A DNA stretch of 64,000 nucleotides from the human T2T-CHM13v2.0 reference genome, Homo sapiens. Positions 29,372-44,359 of the stretch are shown piece after piece. The notes beneath the pieces were generated by a model, which saw only the letters and a list, made by a program, of their open reading frames with translations, made no database searches and was not told where the DNA came from. The stretch's first letter is position 1. The number at the start of each line of letters is the position of its first letter. Location: the NCBI RefSeq assembly GCF_009914755.1, contig NC_060931.1; one strand, 5' to 3'. The translations under genes and the position numbers were made by a program.

Positions 29372-29733
29372 TTTTATTTTATTTATTTTTTTATTATTTA
29401 TTTATTTAATTATTATTATACTTTAAGTTTTAGGGTACATGTGCACAACGTGCAGGTTTGTTACATATGTATACATGTGCCATGTTGGTGTGCTGCACCC
29501 ATTAACTGGTCATTTAGCATTAGGTATATCTCCTAATGTTATCCCTCCCCCCTCCCCCCACCCCACAACAGTCCCCAGTGTGTGATGTTCCCCTTCCTGT
29601 GTCCATGTGTTCTCATTGTTCAATTCCCACCTATGAGTGAGAACATGCGGTGTTTGGTTTTTTGTCCTTGCAATAGTTCACTGAGAATGAGTTCATGTCC
29701 TTTGTAGAGACATGGATGAAACTGGAAACCATT
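29372..29733 (-). mobile_element. Young L1PA 3' end with 5' inversion
   Basis: T-rich tail, then ctttaagttttagggtacatgtgcacaacgtgcagg... to ctgagaatga, followed by a plus-strand L1 piece gttcatgtcctttgtagagacatggatgaaactggaaaccat. Confidence 0.93.
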
Positions 29734-30356
29734 TTATTTATTTAAAAATTATATTTATTCATTTCTTTCATTTTAAGATGGGAATGTGAATATAGGGCAT
29801 TTTCTTTTAAGATTAATAAATAACATCTAATTGACACAGTCTTAGAAAACATTATTCCCCTATACCCTGATATCTGAAAATATAATTCAGAGGGTGAATA
29901 TAAAAAATTAGACATGATAAAACCATAAACTGCTAAGCTGGATGGGTCATTAAAAAGAGTGAACTAAAGTGGAGAGAGATAAAGTGTCTTGCTGTCCAAA
30001 GCTTTATGTAGGAGTATTTGGGGAAAACACTAGATAAAGATAAATCACAAAAGATTTACTTGCATCAAAGGCATCACCAAAACCTTGTAATTTTCTGTGA
30101 TAATAGGAATGTGTACACTCCCAGTTTATTTCAAACTGTTTGGTATGGGTAACAGAATGGCTGGTTGGCTTCCCAGTTAGTTTTTGAGTCTTAATTAACA
30201 AGGGAGTCCTGGGATCAGGAATGTCTATTATATTGAGGTTCAAAGAAATGCAATACTAAGTGTTTATTGTTGAAGAAATGCTCAGTTAATGTAAATTAAA
30301 TAAGAAGTTTCAATGTGGAATATAATCTAAGAATCTAAATTTAAACATGAAATTCA

Positions 30357-30695
<339 letters not shown>

Positions 30696-32182
30696 TTAAA
30701 TAAACAAGCTCTAAATGTCAAAAAGATGACCCAAAGATTTACTAAAGAAATATATGGTTAACTAATTATTATAACAAATGTATCCAAGCTGTTTCCGTAC
30801 TACCCATTGTACAATATGTGGATATGATGTTTGAAAGCTTAGAAGCCTGTTATAATGAACGTAGTAATCGCATGCCCCTTAGCACTTACGTGTGCTTCCT
30901 CATGTTACACTGCACTTAGGCATCTGGCCTTGTATAATACACAGGCATAACATTCTACCCCTCGGTGATTTACGGCATCAACAGTAATTTTAAATTCTTG
31001 ATATTTTGAACCATTCTTCTTAAGTTCTCTTTTATAATATCAAAACTTCTACTTGCCCTGTGGCTTTTTTTTAAAAAAAAAAAACATATTTAATCAAAAA
31101 TATTCATTATTTCTCATGTCAACAGTGCAAATACTAAGAAATTGTAGTGTAACAGAATGTTGAGTAGGATTTTTCCTTTACCTGGAAATCCAGGTAAATC
31201 CTAAAGCTGAAAGGTCTGGGAAGAGCTTCCCAAAAACTACCTTTACTTTACATTCTAAGAGGAGTCAGAGAGCCATCCTGAAGGCCAACCAAGACATGCC
31301 AGAGGCAGCCCTACTTGAGCAAGTTCCCATCCACTCTTCCTCTTAAATCTCATTTTTTAGGGAGAAAACTGAGAGGGAAGGGCTCAAGGGCATCAAGCTG
31401 TGGCTTGTCAGCCTCTGGGAAAGAGCCATGTTTAGGGGAGTGGCTTTGGCTCTTTCCCTCAAAAGGACAGTTCTCCAACTGAACCACTTGTGGAGACTGC
31501 TGGTAGCTGCATAAAAAGATATTCTAGGTGGATATTTGCTGACCAACAAAACCTACAGGTATACTTGGGGCTACCACAACAGAGAAGGATGGTAAGATAG
31601 TTTATTTTAGAACTTCCTGATGCATGAAATTTATTGATTTCTCACATGTGTGAAAGTGTACATTAACAGAGAAAGTGCTTATCGCTAGAAATTTCTAAAG
31701 GCTGCAGAATTTCTGGAGAACTCTAAACCAGTGGTATAAAAATTATAATAGAGTTTCATCAGGTCCAAGGCAAAAAGTTAGGGTGATGGTTATGGTTATA
31801 TTTAGGTCTAGTAGATGGCTACCAGAACCCTTTGGAGATGAGGAAGAGAAATTAGCAGTTTGGGTGGTCCCACCTCCAGGTGAAAAAGAAATGAAAGTCA
31901 GATGATGGGCAGGTGCCCTAGTCTTTTCTAGCAGCCACTGGGCAATGAGACATCTTTCCTAGCAAAAGTGTTTTAATTGGGGGTTTTGATCAATAGCAAG
32001 GGCCAAGAGATGATAGGCCTGCTGTTTTCTGAAGGGCTCCTCATCAAAGAAGATGCTAGTTGAAGCTGAACTCAACTCAAGGAAGCAAAGCACACTACTG
32101 ATTTGGAAACCACCTGTCAGCCATGGTTACCAGCATATGGAACCAGACTGAACCAGAGTGAAGTCAAAGATATTTCCCCATT

Positions 32183-35100
32183 GCAACTGATGCCAATGAA
32201 ATAAAATAAATTATAAGAGATTGCTAAAAGCAATTATATTCAGATAAACCAGATAATCTAAAAGAAATGGAAAAAAAACACTAGAAAAAACTTACCAAGA
32301 CTGAATCATTAAGAAATATGAAGTCTGAACATACCTTTAATTAGTGTGGAGATTAAACCAGTAATAAAAAATGTCCCTACAAAGAAAAGTGCAGGACCAG
32401 ATGGCTTAACTGCTGAATTACACCAAATATTTAAAGATTTAATGCCAACCCTTCTCAAACTATTCCAAAAAAACTGAAGAGGAGAGAACACTTCCAAACT
32501 AATTTTTTGAGGCCAGCATTACCCTCATACCAAAGCCAAATACAACAAAGGAAAAGAAAGCTAAAAGCCAATATTCCTGATGAGTATAGAAGCAAAATTC
32601 TCAACAAAATACAAGCAAATCAAATCCAATAGCACATTAAAAGGATCATACACCATGGCCAATTGGGATTTATCCCTGAGTTGCAAGGATGGCAACATAT
32701 GAAAATCAATTAATCATTAATAAAGGATAAAAATTCCATAATCATCCAAATAGAAGCAGAAAGGCATTTGATGAAATTCAACCACAATTCCATATAAAAA
32801 CTGACAAGAAACTAGGACTAGAAGGAAAATACCTCAACATAATAAAGACCACATATGAAAAGCCTACAGGTAACATCACACTCAGTGGTGAAAAGTTGAA
32901 AGATCGGGACAAAGGCAAGGATGCCTACTCTTAGCACTTCTATTCAACATGGTAATGGAAGTCCCAGCCAGGGCAATTAGACAAGAAAAGAAAGTAAAAG
33001 GTATCCAAATTGGAAAGAAGCAAAATTGTCCCTGTTTGCAGATGACATCATTTTATGTATAGAAAACTCTAAAGACTCAATTATTAAAAAAACAAAACAA
33101 AACACTGTTAGAACAAACAAATTCAATAGAGTTAAATGATACAAAATCAACATAAAAATCAATTGTATTGCTATGTATTAATGACAAACTATCTGAAAAA
33201 ATTGGGAAAACAGTCTCACTTACAATAGCATCACAAATAATAAAAATACCTAGAAATAAGCCTAAGGAGATGAAAGACTTATATACTGAAAATTAAAGAA
33301 TATTGATGAAAGAAATTAAAGACACAAACAAATGGAAAGACATCCTGTATTTATGGATTAGAAGGCTTAATATTGTGAAAATGCCAGACTACTCAAAGTG
33401 ATCTACAGATTCTATGCAATCCCTATCAAAATCCCAAGGAAATTTCATAGAAGTAGAAAAAATCCTAAAATTTATATTAAACTATAAAAGAACCCAAATA
33501 GCAAAGCAATTTTGAGCAAGAAGAACACAGCAGGAGGCATCTCCCTTCCTGATTTCAAAATATATTACAAAGCTACAAAAATCAAAATGATAAGGTACTG
33601 GTATAAATACAGACATATAAGCCAATAGAACAGAATAGAGACCCCAGAAATAAATCTGTGAATATTTGGTCAAATGATCTTCAGTGAGGATGCCAAGAAT
33701 ATACAATGGGGAAAGGACAGTCTTTTCAACAAATAGTGTTGGGAAAACTAGATATCCACATGCACAGGAATAAAACTGGCACTTTTATTATTGCCATATG
33801 CAAAAATCAAGTCAAAATGGATTAAAGAACTAAATGTAAGACCTGAAATTATAATATTGCTAGAAAAAAATAGGAGAAAATCTCCATGACATTCATCTAG
33901 GCAATGATTTGATGAATTTGACATCCAAAGCATTGGCGAAGAAAACAAAAATAAACAAGAGGCACTACATCAACCAAAAATCTTCTGCAGAGCAAAGAAA
34001 GCAGTAAAATGACAATCTATGAAATCAGAAAACATACTTGAAAGCGATATATCTGAGAATGAGTTAGTTTTCAAAATTGGTAAGAAACTTCTACAACTCA
34101 ATAGCAAAAAAACTAACCCAACTTAAAATATAGGCAGAATAGTTGAATACACATTTATCCAAAGAAGATCTACAAATGGACAATAGCTATGAGAACAAAT
34201 GCTCAACATTATTTCCTGATGATTTGCATAATCAGGAAAATGCAAATCAAAATCACAATGAGGTATCACCTCACACCTGTCAGAATGACTATTATCAAAA
34301 AAACAACCAATGTTGGCAAGCATATGGAGAAACTGGAACCCTTGCACACTGTTGGTGGAAATGAGGAATGGTGTAGTCGCTATGGAATACAGCATGGAGG
34401 TTCCTCAAAAGGTAAAAATAGAACTACCCCATGACCCAGCAGTCTCCCTTCTGAGTATTTATCCAAAAGAATTGAAATCAGGGTCTCAAAGAGATATTAG
34501 TATTCCTATCTTCACCACAGTACTGTTCACAAGAGTCAAGATGTGGAAACAATCTAAATGTTTATTGGCAGATGAACGGAAAAGAAAATGAGATGCATAA
34601 ATACCATGAAATATTATTTATCTTTTTTAAAGAGGAAATTCCGCAATATGTGACAACATAAACAAACCTTAAGGATATTAGCTAAAGGAAATAAGCCAGT
34701 AACAGAAAGACAAATACTGCATGATCTCACTCCTATGTGGAATCTAAAGAAGTTGGTCTCATAGAAGTTAAGTTTAGAATGGTGGTTACCACTTATATGA
34801 GTCGAATCATATAATAATCAAATTCATAGAATGAGAGTGGGATGGATGTTGCCAGGGAATGGGGGCAGGAATAAATGAGAAATTATTCATCAACATTTTA
34901 AAGTTTCAATTGAGCAAGATGAATAAGCTCTAGAGACCTACTGGACAACATTGTAGCTATAGTCAACAATAATGTATTGTGCACTTAAAAATTTGTTAAG
35001 GGGATAAAAAATGATGAGTTCATGTCCTTTGTAGGGACATAGATGAAGCTGGAAACCATCATTCTCAGCAAACTATCACAAGGACAAAAAAACCAAACAC

Positions 35101-35458
35101 CGCATTTTCTCACTCATAGGTGGGAATTGAACAATGAGAACACATGGACACAGGAAGGGGAACATCACACACCGGGGACTGTTGTGGGGTAGGGGGAGGG
35201 GTGAGGGATAGCATTAGGAGATATACCTAATGTAAATGATAAGTTAATGGGTGCAGCACACAAACATGGCACATGCATACATATGTAACAAACCTGCACG
35301 TTGTGCACATGTACCCTAAAACTTAAATAATAAAAAATTTGTTAAGAGGGTAGATTTCATGTTAAGTGTTTTTAATTATAATACAACAGTTTTTTAATTG
35401 TGTATACTTTTAGTGGTAAATAAATTAGCTCTCTGGTGCAAAAAATAAAATAAAATAA
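32183..35458 (+). mobile_element. 5'-truncated old LINE-1 (L1MA10-like), ORF2 RT region to 3'UTR
   Basis: Degenerate ORF2 including tttgcagatgac (FADD) near 33036-33047; perfect 17-bp TSD aaagatatttccccatt (32166-32182 / 35459-35475). Confidence 0.9.
35004..35332 (+). mobile_element. L1PA 3' end nested in the 3'UTR of the L1MA element
   Basis: L1PA 3'UTR with G-rich tract; TSD aaaaatttgttaag (34987-35000 / 35333-35346). Confidence 0.92.
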
Positions 35459-38400
35459 AAAGATATTTCCCCATTACTGATAAGCCTCCGGTTAGGTAAG
35501 AACTTGGTCTCATGTATAAATCCTCATTGCTCCCACCCAGCTATAAAGAGACAAAAATAAGATGTTATATCCAGAAAGAGACTATCAACCCTGGACCCAC
35601 CATCATCCTTGCCCATGAGTCCTCACTCATACTTTGATTGGACAAAATAACATCTCTAGTTTACAGTGGAGGATGTAAGGGGTAAGCTTCAGAGAGGATA
35701 TGAGGATTGCTGTCCTAAATGATGGTGAATTAATTTTAATAGCCAAAAATTATCAGAAAGCTATGGAATCTGCACTCAACTCTTCTACAGGACAGAAAAG
35801 GAAGAAATAATATCTTGTTTATATCTCCAACAAATTAAAATTATTTGGTAAACTAGTTAAAATTATAAAAAGAAAAGACATTTGCCTACTGTTTTATATT
35901 AGTTTTAGTGAGGGGCTCAAAGTTGGAAAGAAAAACAGAACAGAGATAATGAGGCAAAGAAGGAAGGAAGCTTCAGGAGTGTGTATGTGCCTCCTCTTTA
36001 CTTAGACCTTCCCAACATGAATTCAATACTCTGTTTAAAGTGAACATTCAAGATATCAAACATATCCATAGTTACGTTAACAGAAAGAAAAATATATATT
36101 CCAAAACTAAAATATTTCCACATAAGCCATTACTTTCATATTTTAAAACTCTATTAACACAGGTAATTCGGAACTGATCTAAGTCTTTAAAACTAAGTTA
36201 TTTAGGGTTACCTGATTAGCATACAAAACATCTGGGTTTCTAGGTTACATTTCTCCAAGAAAACTGCAGAGCTCCTCCCTCTCTCTCCCTCTGTCTCTCA
36301 CCTCTGCAGACTATTATTTAAACTTCATATAATTGGGAGTTGAGAAGATTTTTTAAATGACTGACTTTGAAGTAAATGATTATTCCTAAATTTATATGCA
36401 GATCATTAAACTGATAAAAAGTACTACAAAAATTTATGTTGTCCTTCATTTTCATTATAAATGACCACATTAAAGTTTAAAAATATTGATCAAGCTACAA
36501 AATAAAGGGAATGATTCTTCCATAAGATTTTGATAATCTTAAAATTAAATCAAAACAAAGGGTGCTGCTAGAGCCTATTTGGTGACTTCAGCATTGTGAC
36601 AATTGTTTGTAGCTCTTTAATAAGTTGGAAATCATTTCAAAGGGATTTGGGATCTAGCCAAGATGAAACGTACTGAGCAACTATAAAATCACTATCAAGG
36701 TTGATACTACTGCAAGGAAAATCAAAAAGAAAAAACAATCAGGATACATAATCCTGAATAAATAAACCAGAGAAGAACAATGCCTTTGTCAATCACCTGC
36801 TAAACAGCAGTGATTCAGCCCCATACTCTGAAGACTTTTCAAAATTCCACTCTATTATACTTCTTCAAATTGTTTTCTTTCCATTTATGCCCCAAAGTTT
36901 AGCTGCTCCAATGAACACACAAAAGATCCACAACTATCTAACAAGAAAAATTTTGTTTCTCCTCTCAAATCAGTGGGCCATCTAAAGACTGGGTAGTTTC
37001 TTACTCTAGTTTTGTTTTGTATTTTACATAATGTAGTCACAAGCCAATGTTTCTCTAATTTGTTCCTTAAAATGAAGCTGGCAAAAGTGCCACATAACTA
37101 TTGTTTGCACAGAGGTACTTTCCAACCTGGGTATTTAATGACCATGACAGGCTCCATGTATCCACATGTTTGTTCCCCCAAGACATACTGAACTTCTTCC
37201 AAAAGAAACAAAAATGCTGAAAGTGAATTTTATTTTTAATTATATTCTACTACAGGAAGAAAACGACACTTTGTGTCCACATCAGAGCTGCCAGTCAAAT
37301 ACTGACACACCAGTAATTCTCTAGCAGTGTTAGCACAGAGTCACTAAAATTGGAATGAAACCACATGGTGAACTCAGGGAGGAAGCGTTCTGTAGGAACT
37401 GTTCATCAGTTTTGCTGTGACAATAGAAGGGGCCAAGTGGTTTCTCTCAGTAATGTGTGGTAAAGCGTGTCTTTTCCCACATCCTGCCAGCAATATAAAT
37501 TATCCAAAAATGCAGTCTCATCCATTTAGAAAGAAAATCTACTCTATTATCAGCTGCAAGGTGTTAGAACTCTAAGCTGAATACAGAAAGGCAAATTACA
37601 GGCACCTAAGTCAATCCTAGGTCTGCCAGTTTTTCACATCTAAACAATATCATTCTTAGACATCATCCTTTTTAAATTCCAGTCCTTAAAAATGCTTGGA
37701 GTTATCAACGAGGGCTTGAAGAACAACTTATCCCCATAAGATGTAATTTTCTTTCTCCATAGTCACCTGAATTGAGTCTATTATTTATCCACATGGATTT
37801 CATGACCAGAACATTCTGATTTTCACTGTAACTCTTCCCTGGCTCCAGATTACATCAAGTTTTCTAATTTCCTTGATTCTTAAACTAACTTGATATTTTC
37901 TTTTGTTGTCTATTGCCTTTTTCTTTTCCCTAGCTACTTCCTTCTCATCTTGTTTATTTTCAATCAATACTTTGCCCTATGCCCACTCTCTATATTACAT
38001 ATTCATATGTTCTGGCCTTCTGTAATTTCATTTGTAATTTCAGTTCACCTGTACTTCCCCACTGGGAGACAGTGTAGAACAGTGTTGGATGAAAAATCCT
38101 TGCATGAGTGAGCATGAAGTGGGATATGGGTCCTAGACATCTGTCAGGTAGGATACTTCTTAAATTATAACTTTAGGGCTCAAAGCATTAAGCCACTCCA
38201 GCTGCAATAGCCTACTTCATTGTATGAATGTAAAATAAACTAGACATTAGAAATTCAAAATATCTCCTGTACTCCTAGACAGCAATCCACCCACTGACAA
38301 GAAGTCTCTAAAGAAGTTTTTATAAGTGGTAACAATGAATAATTTTGCACTAGTCCCATCACCCATTTATTGGAAGGTTGAAGACTTATTGAAAAACATC

Positions 38401-39420
38401 TTCCTTTACCTGTATGCCACTGACACTAAATTATAAAACTACTAAAAATTTCAGGAGCATTCTCTGGCATTCCCCCCATTACCCCTACCCATAGGAATTA
38501 CCATGACACTTCCCCTGGCTACTCCAGCTCAGGAAAACCAGACTTGGGAAAGAGCAACAACACAATCCAAGACTCTTTCTGAAAATAGGTGTCTAGTTGA
38601 TTCACATCTTCTTTCATAAATACCCCAAAAAGTTGAGATCCCCAAACCTTGGCTTTTCAGAACATATATTCAGAATGTCAGCAGAATGAGTTGTGATGAT
38701 ATTCAAATACCATTTCTGTGATGTTTGTCACTTTTTTTCTAAATCTAATTGTCTGCATAACCAACAGGCAACTACCCTCTTCATAAATGAGGCAACATTG
38801 CATGAGGTCACTTTCAAACCACACTGACACAGCTGGCCTAGGACCTGGCTCATGACTTGCTGTTCATCGCTCCAGAGCCCTTCTCAGTCTAAGTATGCAA
38901 GAGAGAATAAAGTCATTAGAGATCATGTAATTATACAAAATGTAAAGGAAATCATTACTAATACAAGAAATTTTTAATAAATATCAGAAATATAAAGTAG
39001 AAGTCCATAGGTTGATAGATAAAAATAAGTAGAAAATTCACAAACTGAAATATACTGCAAGACAGCTTCAATTACAATCTATTTTCCCAAAGGGAACCCC
39101 ATGGAGACACAGCACACAGAGATAGGAAGTAATTTAGATTTTATGAGATTTAAATGAGATTAAATACTGTACTGAAAATAAAGAGTCTAACTATAGAGCC
39201 ATTGATGATCTATATACAGGACAAGGATGGGAGACCCATCCCACTCAACTGGCATTTACCCCTGGGCAAGAAACCAGAGGGCTCTTCTTTAAGAAAATGA
39301 ACAAAATTCTGGGAATAGTAAGATTTCTAGTGTGTGTGCTGGCCCTTCCCATAAGAACAAATATCCTCTTTGCCTGCCAACAAGTATTTCCCACTCTCCT
39401 TTGATCTGCATAGAGTCTGA

Positions 39421-39818
<398 letters not shown>

Positions 39819-41345
39819 CCAGGAATGTCTTAAACCATGTACCACCACATAGCAGGAGAGGACAGAAGATAAAACGAAACTCTCTGGTCTTGGAAGACAC
39901 TGAATTATTCCAAAGAAGGAAAATGAACTTTTAAAAGTTATAAGTAATATAGAGACTAGAGAGGAAAATACAACCATACATACAAACATAAAGGATAAAA
40001 TTGAGAACATGTAGAATGCATAAAGCAAAAAGATAAATATGAGAGACAGTGTTAGCAAGATAAAGGATCATCCCACAGAGTATTATTTGGTTAAGAGAAT
40101 TCCAAAAAATAAAGACCAGAGAAGATTTGTATGGTATAATATCTATAAAATAATACAAAGAAATATTCCAATGCTGATAGATAGACATGAATGTCTACAT
40201 GACAACATCCGATGGCTGCTCTGCACAGGGAATGCTGGAGGATGCCAAGTTACCCCTAGTTTCCTACAAAGGTATTTGACTTATTATTGACAATACTAGG
40301 TACTAAAAATAACAAAGTAATACCTTTAAAGTTCTGATGGAAAATTTTCTATTATTGTTTCCAAATCCAACAAAACTATCAATTGAAATGTAAGCCAGAA
40401 TAAAGCTATCTATAAGACATTTTCTGAGGTAACTTCCTTCCTTTGCACCTATCCTGGGAATTTCTTTTAGGATGCACTCCAAACATGCAGAAGTAAACTA
40501 AGAAGGAGGAAAACCTGGAATCCATGAAATGATATTCCATCCCAGAATGGTAGAGAAAGGAGAGAAAGAGGGTAGTTTCATGGTAAACTAAAAAGCAACC
40601 AGCAAAGCTGAAAACAAGGAGACACAGAGGTACAGAAGTGACATCCTAAGGGGGTTGAATGAAGACCCACAAAGATAATGAAGACAGAGAAAGACACAGA
40701 GAGAATGCATAACCACAAACGGTGCAAGAAAAACTAAAAGAATGATGATTGGAAACAACATTAAAATTTTTTAAATCTAAATATAAAGCAAGTAAAAATG
40801 CATTAGAACGTTAAGCGATAGACTGAATATAAGAGAAGACAATTCAGGTGACCTTGATGCCAGCAACATCCTCTTTTAAATGGCCCCAGGTTTATGGTGT
40901 CAGATATTTTGAAGTGGGAAATGGAATCTTAGTCCAGAACTTAAATAATGTTTACACAGTCATCATAATGTAAATGTTTGTTTTCTCCTATTAGAGTCAA
41001 CCCAGGAACAAAGAAAAAGAAAATTTTATTATTCTCACAGGATAGAATGCCAGTATTCACAATGGGATGATGTAAAAGTGTGGCTCAAAACAAACAAACA
41101 AAAAATAAGTTGTATATGTGAGAAGAAATAGTAGAGCAAAGTATATATATTTTAGCATTTTTTAATGAAACAGGGAGTCAAGATATATGTCAAAAAGCTG
41201 TAACCAAAAATAGAGGATTAAGTATACTTTTCTGGGGCCACAAAATTTACTAGAAGAAAAATCAGAATCTCAAAAATATACAAAGCAAGCTTTGGGGAGG
41301 GAAGAGGGTATAAAAGACAGCAAAAGTAAACAAATTCTTACCTTT

Positions 41346-41663
<318 letters not shown>

Positions 41664-42847
41664 TCAAATTCCAACCTTTCTTATCACATTCTCAGAAAAT
41701 AACCTAATAGATGAAGAAGTTGAGGTATAATACTTGTAGTTATTAACAAAAATACTGCAAACAATTCAAAAAGGTTGCCTCTCTAAGGAGGTCCAAAGGT
41801 CTGGAGAAGTGAAATCAGATATTCTTGCTTTTGACTTAAAGCAATCTTCTAAAATAAAATCTTCAAAAGAAATTAAGAAGTAAAACTTAAAACACCATTT
41901 TAAATGACACTGTTACCATCACCCACCTACCCTGGAGAAGAAATGCACATTTCTGGCTTCAGCCAATGAGGCTTGTTCAATGTTCCAACACTGAACCATA
42001 GCTATTGGTTTAATAAATATACCATTACATCAAAACCATTACTATAGTTACTGGCAGAACATTGAACTCCTCATCAATGTGGGAGATAAGCAACTCCACT
42101 GATTTTGGCTGGAATATAATACAGCTCTTAGATAACCTTAGAGAGTTCCAGCATGACTGACTGCAGGCTTGGCAAGCAGTCCAGTAAGTCTGTAAACAGA
42201 GACTAAAGGGATATTAAAAAAGAATGTGATGAATTTGGAAAACCATGTATTCATCATAACACATTCCAATGCTGGATGTGTCATCTCTAAGGAGTTAGGG
42301 ATTTTCCCACCTATTATACGGTCAGTGATGAAGCTACATCTTCAGGACTGAGGTTTGAAATCTTACTACCTGAATCTTCAGATGTGTTTTCCAACTCTCT
42401 CTTCACTTTGCTTTTTTTCTACAGAGTTAAGTCTTTGAGTGCTTTGTGATCTGAAATCCCCCAAGGCAACTAACATTCCACTTCTTTTTCATTTTCTTTT
42501 TAATTAGACACTCACAGAATACACTGTACTATTTTTTTTAGAAACAGGCTCCTTTTAATTTTTTTTAGACTGTTTTGCAGACTGGCCCCAAGACTACATC
42601 TACTATCTGATACCATTGATCGACCTGACTGTTAAGGTGTGGACTCAGCACTTCCTGTGAAGAGGTTCCCTGATGAATACTGACTCTATTAGGCAAGGGT
42701 AGTATAACATGACTCACAGTTTTCTGTCAGCCCTATTGAATTCCAAGCTCTGTCTCAGAACTGGCTCGAATTCTCTGGTGATTCCTTTTCCCTCAGTTAA
42801 CTTTGAGCAACCATATACTATAAGGGTAGACAACAGATCCTCTAGGG

Positions 42848-43335
42848 CAGGGGTTCCCAGCCCCCAGGCCATAGACTGGTACCGGTTTGTGGCCTGTTAG
42901 GAACTGGGCTGCGTAGCAGGAGGTGAGCAGCACAAGCATTACTGCCTGAGTTCTGCCTCCTGTCAGATCGGCACAGGCATCAGATTCTCATAGGAGTGTG
43001 AGCCCTATTGTGAACTGAGCATGCAAGGGATCTAGGATGCATACTTGTTATGAGAATCTAATGCCTGATGATATGTCACTGTCTCCCATCACCCCCAGAT
43101 GGAACTCTGTAGTTGCAGGAAAATAAGCTCAGGGCTCCCACTGATTCTACATTATGGTGAGTTGTATAATTATTTCATTATATATTACAATGTATTATAA
43201 TAATAATAGAAATAAAGCACATAATAAATGTAATGCACTTAAATCATCCTGAAACCATCCCTCTCACCCCAAGTCCATGGAAAAACTGTCTTCTATGAAA
43301 CCAGTCCCTGGTCCCAAAAATGTTGGGGACCGCTG
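42848..43335 (+). mobile_element. MER1A (hAT-Charlie MITE), full length
   Basis: TIRs caggggttcccagc / gttggggaccgctg; 8-bp hAT-type TSD ctctaggg (42840-42847) / ctataggg (43336-43343). Confidence 0.92.
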
Positions 43336-44040
43336 CTATAGGGAATAAAATAAAATCTGCTACTTTACTCATGAGTTGTATCTTTGAACTTAAGGTAAGA
43401 AAAAAAATTTAACCAAACCAACATAATTGAATAATCAGATGTCAATGTGGAACTCAGAAACATTATCCTTGTTTACATACACACTGTTTTTTGAAATTGT
43501 AAGCCTGTGATACTCTCGCATTTGTGAGATGCCAACCCCTAAAAAAAAATTGTATTTCCTAAGGCAGTATAATGAGTTTTGCTTTCTTTCTTATATTTGT
43601 GTCTCTCTTATTTTGAGAACTTAACTTCCAAGTGCAATTTTTGGTCTTGAACCCAAATATATTTCTCTCATCACCCAATTATTAGCTCTCATCCACTCTT
43701 CTCCCAGAATGGTTACTAACAAGAAACATGATGGAGGCTGATGGAGGCAACCACTGTGTAATGCAAACAGCTTTAGTATTGGTCAAGTGCTATAGCTGGA
43801 GAGTCATGAGTAAGCCCTTTCTAGTCTCTGAGCTTTGGTTTCCTCATCTGTAAATATGTTTAACATCTGCAAAGTCAATGCCCCATGTAGACAGGGCCCA
43901 GCATTATGTAATATTTAAAAACTAAATTCTCACCAACATTTTGAGAAGTGATTAAAATATTTCTTGATGTCACTCACAAATGGCAAAAGAAGACTCAATT
44001 CACAGCACAGAGCAAACAAAAAGTCATTTTCCCCAACTTT

Positions 44041-44359
44041 TTGTATTGTTCTGTTTTGGTTTTTTGTTTTGTTTTTTGAGGCAGGGTCTCACTCTGTCAC
44101 CCAGGTTGGAGTGCAGCGATGTGATCTCCACCCACTGCAACCTCCACCTCCTGGCCTCAAGTGATCCTCCCACCTCAGTCCCCCAAGTAACTGGAACTAC
44201 ATGCACAAGCCACCATGCCCAGATAATTTTTGTATTTTTTGTAGAGACAGGGTTTCACCATGTTGCCCAGTCTGATCTCAAACTCCTGAGGTGAAGCGAT
44301 TCATCCATCTCGGCCTCCCAAAGTGCTTGGATTAGAGGCATAAACCACCACACCCGGCC
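44041..44359 (-). mobile_element. AluJb-like
   Basis: Antisense Alu with ctcaagtgatcctcccacctcag (J type). Confidence 0.9.

Noticed and set aside
31100-32160. Possible ancient LTR-like element split by the L1MA insertion
   Set aside because: Composition is suggestive, but I cannot match termini or a family from sequence alone.
35173-35207. G-quadruplex-capable G-rich tract
   Set aside because: Standard feature of the L1PA 3'UTR, not locus-specific.
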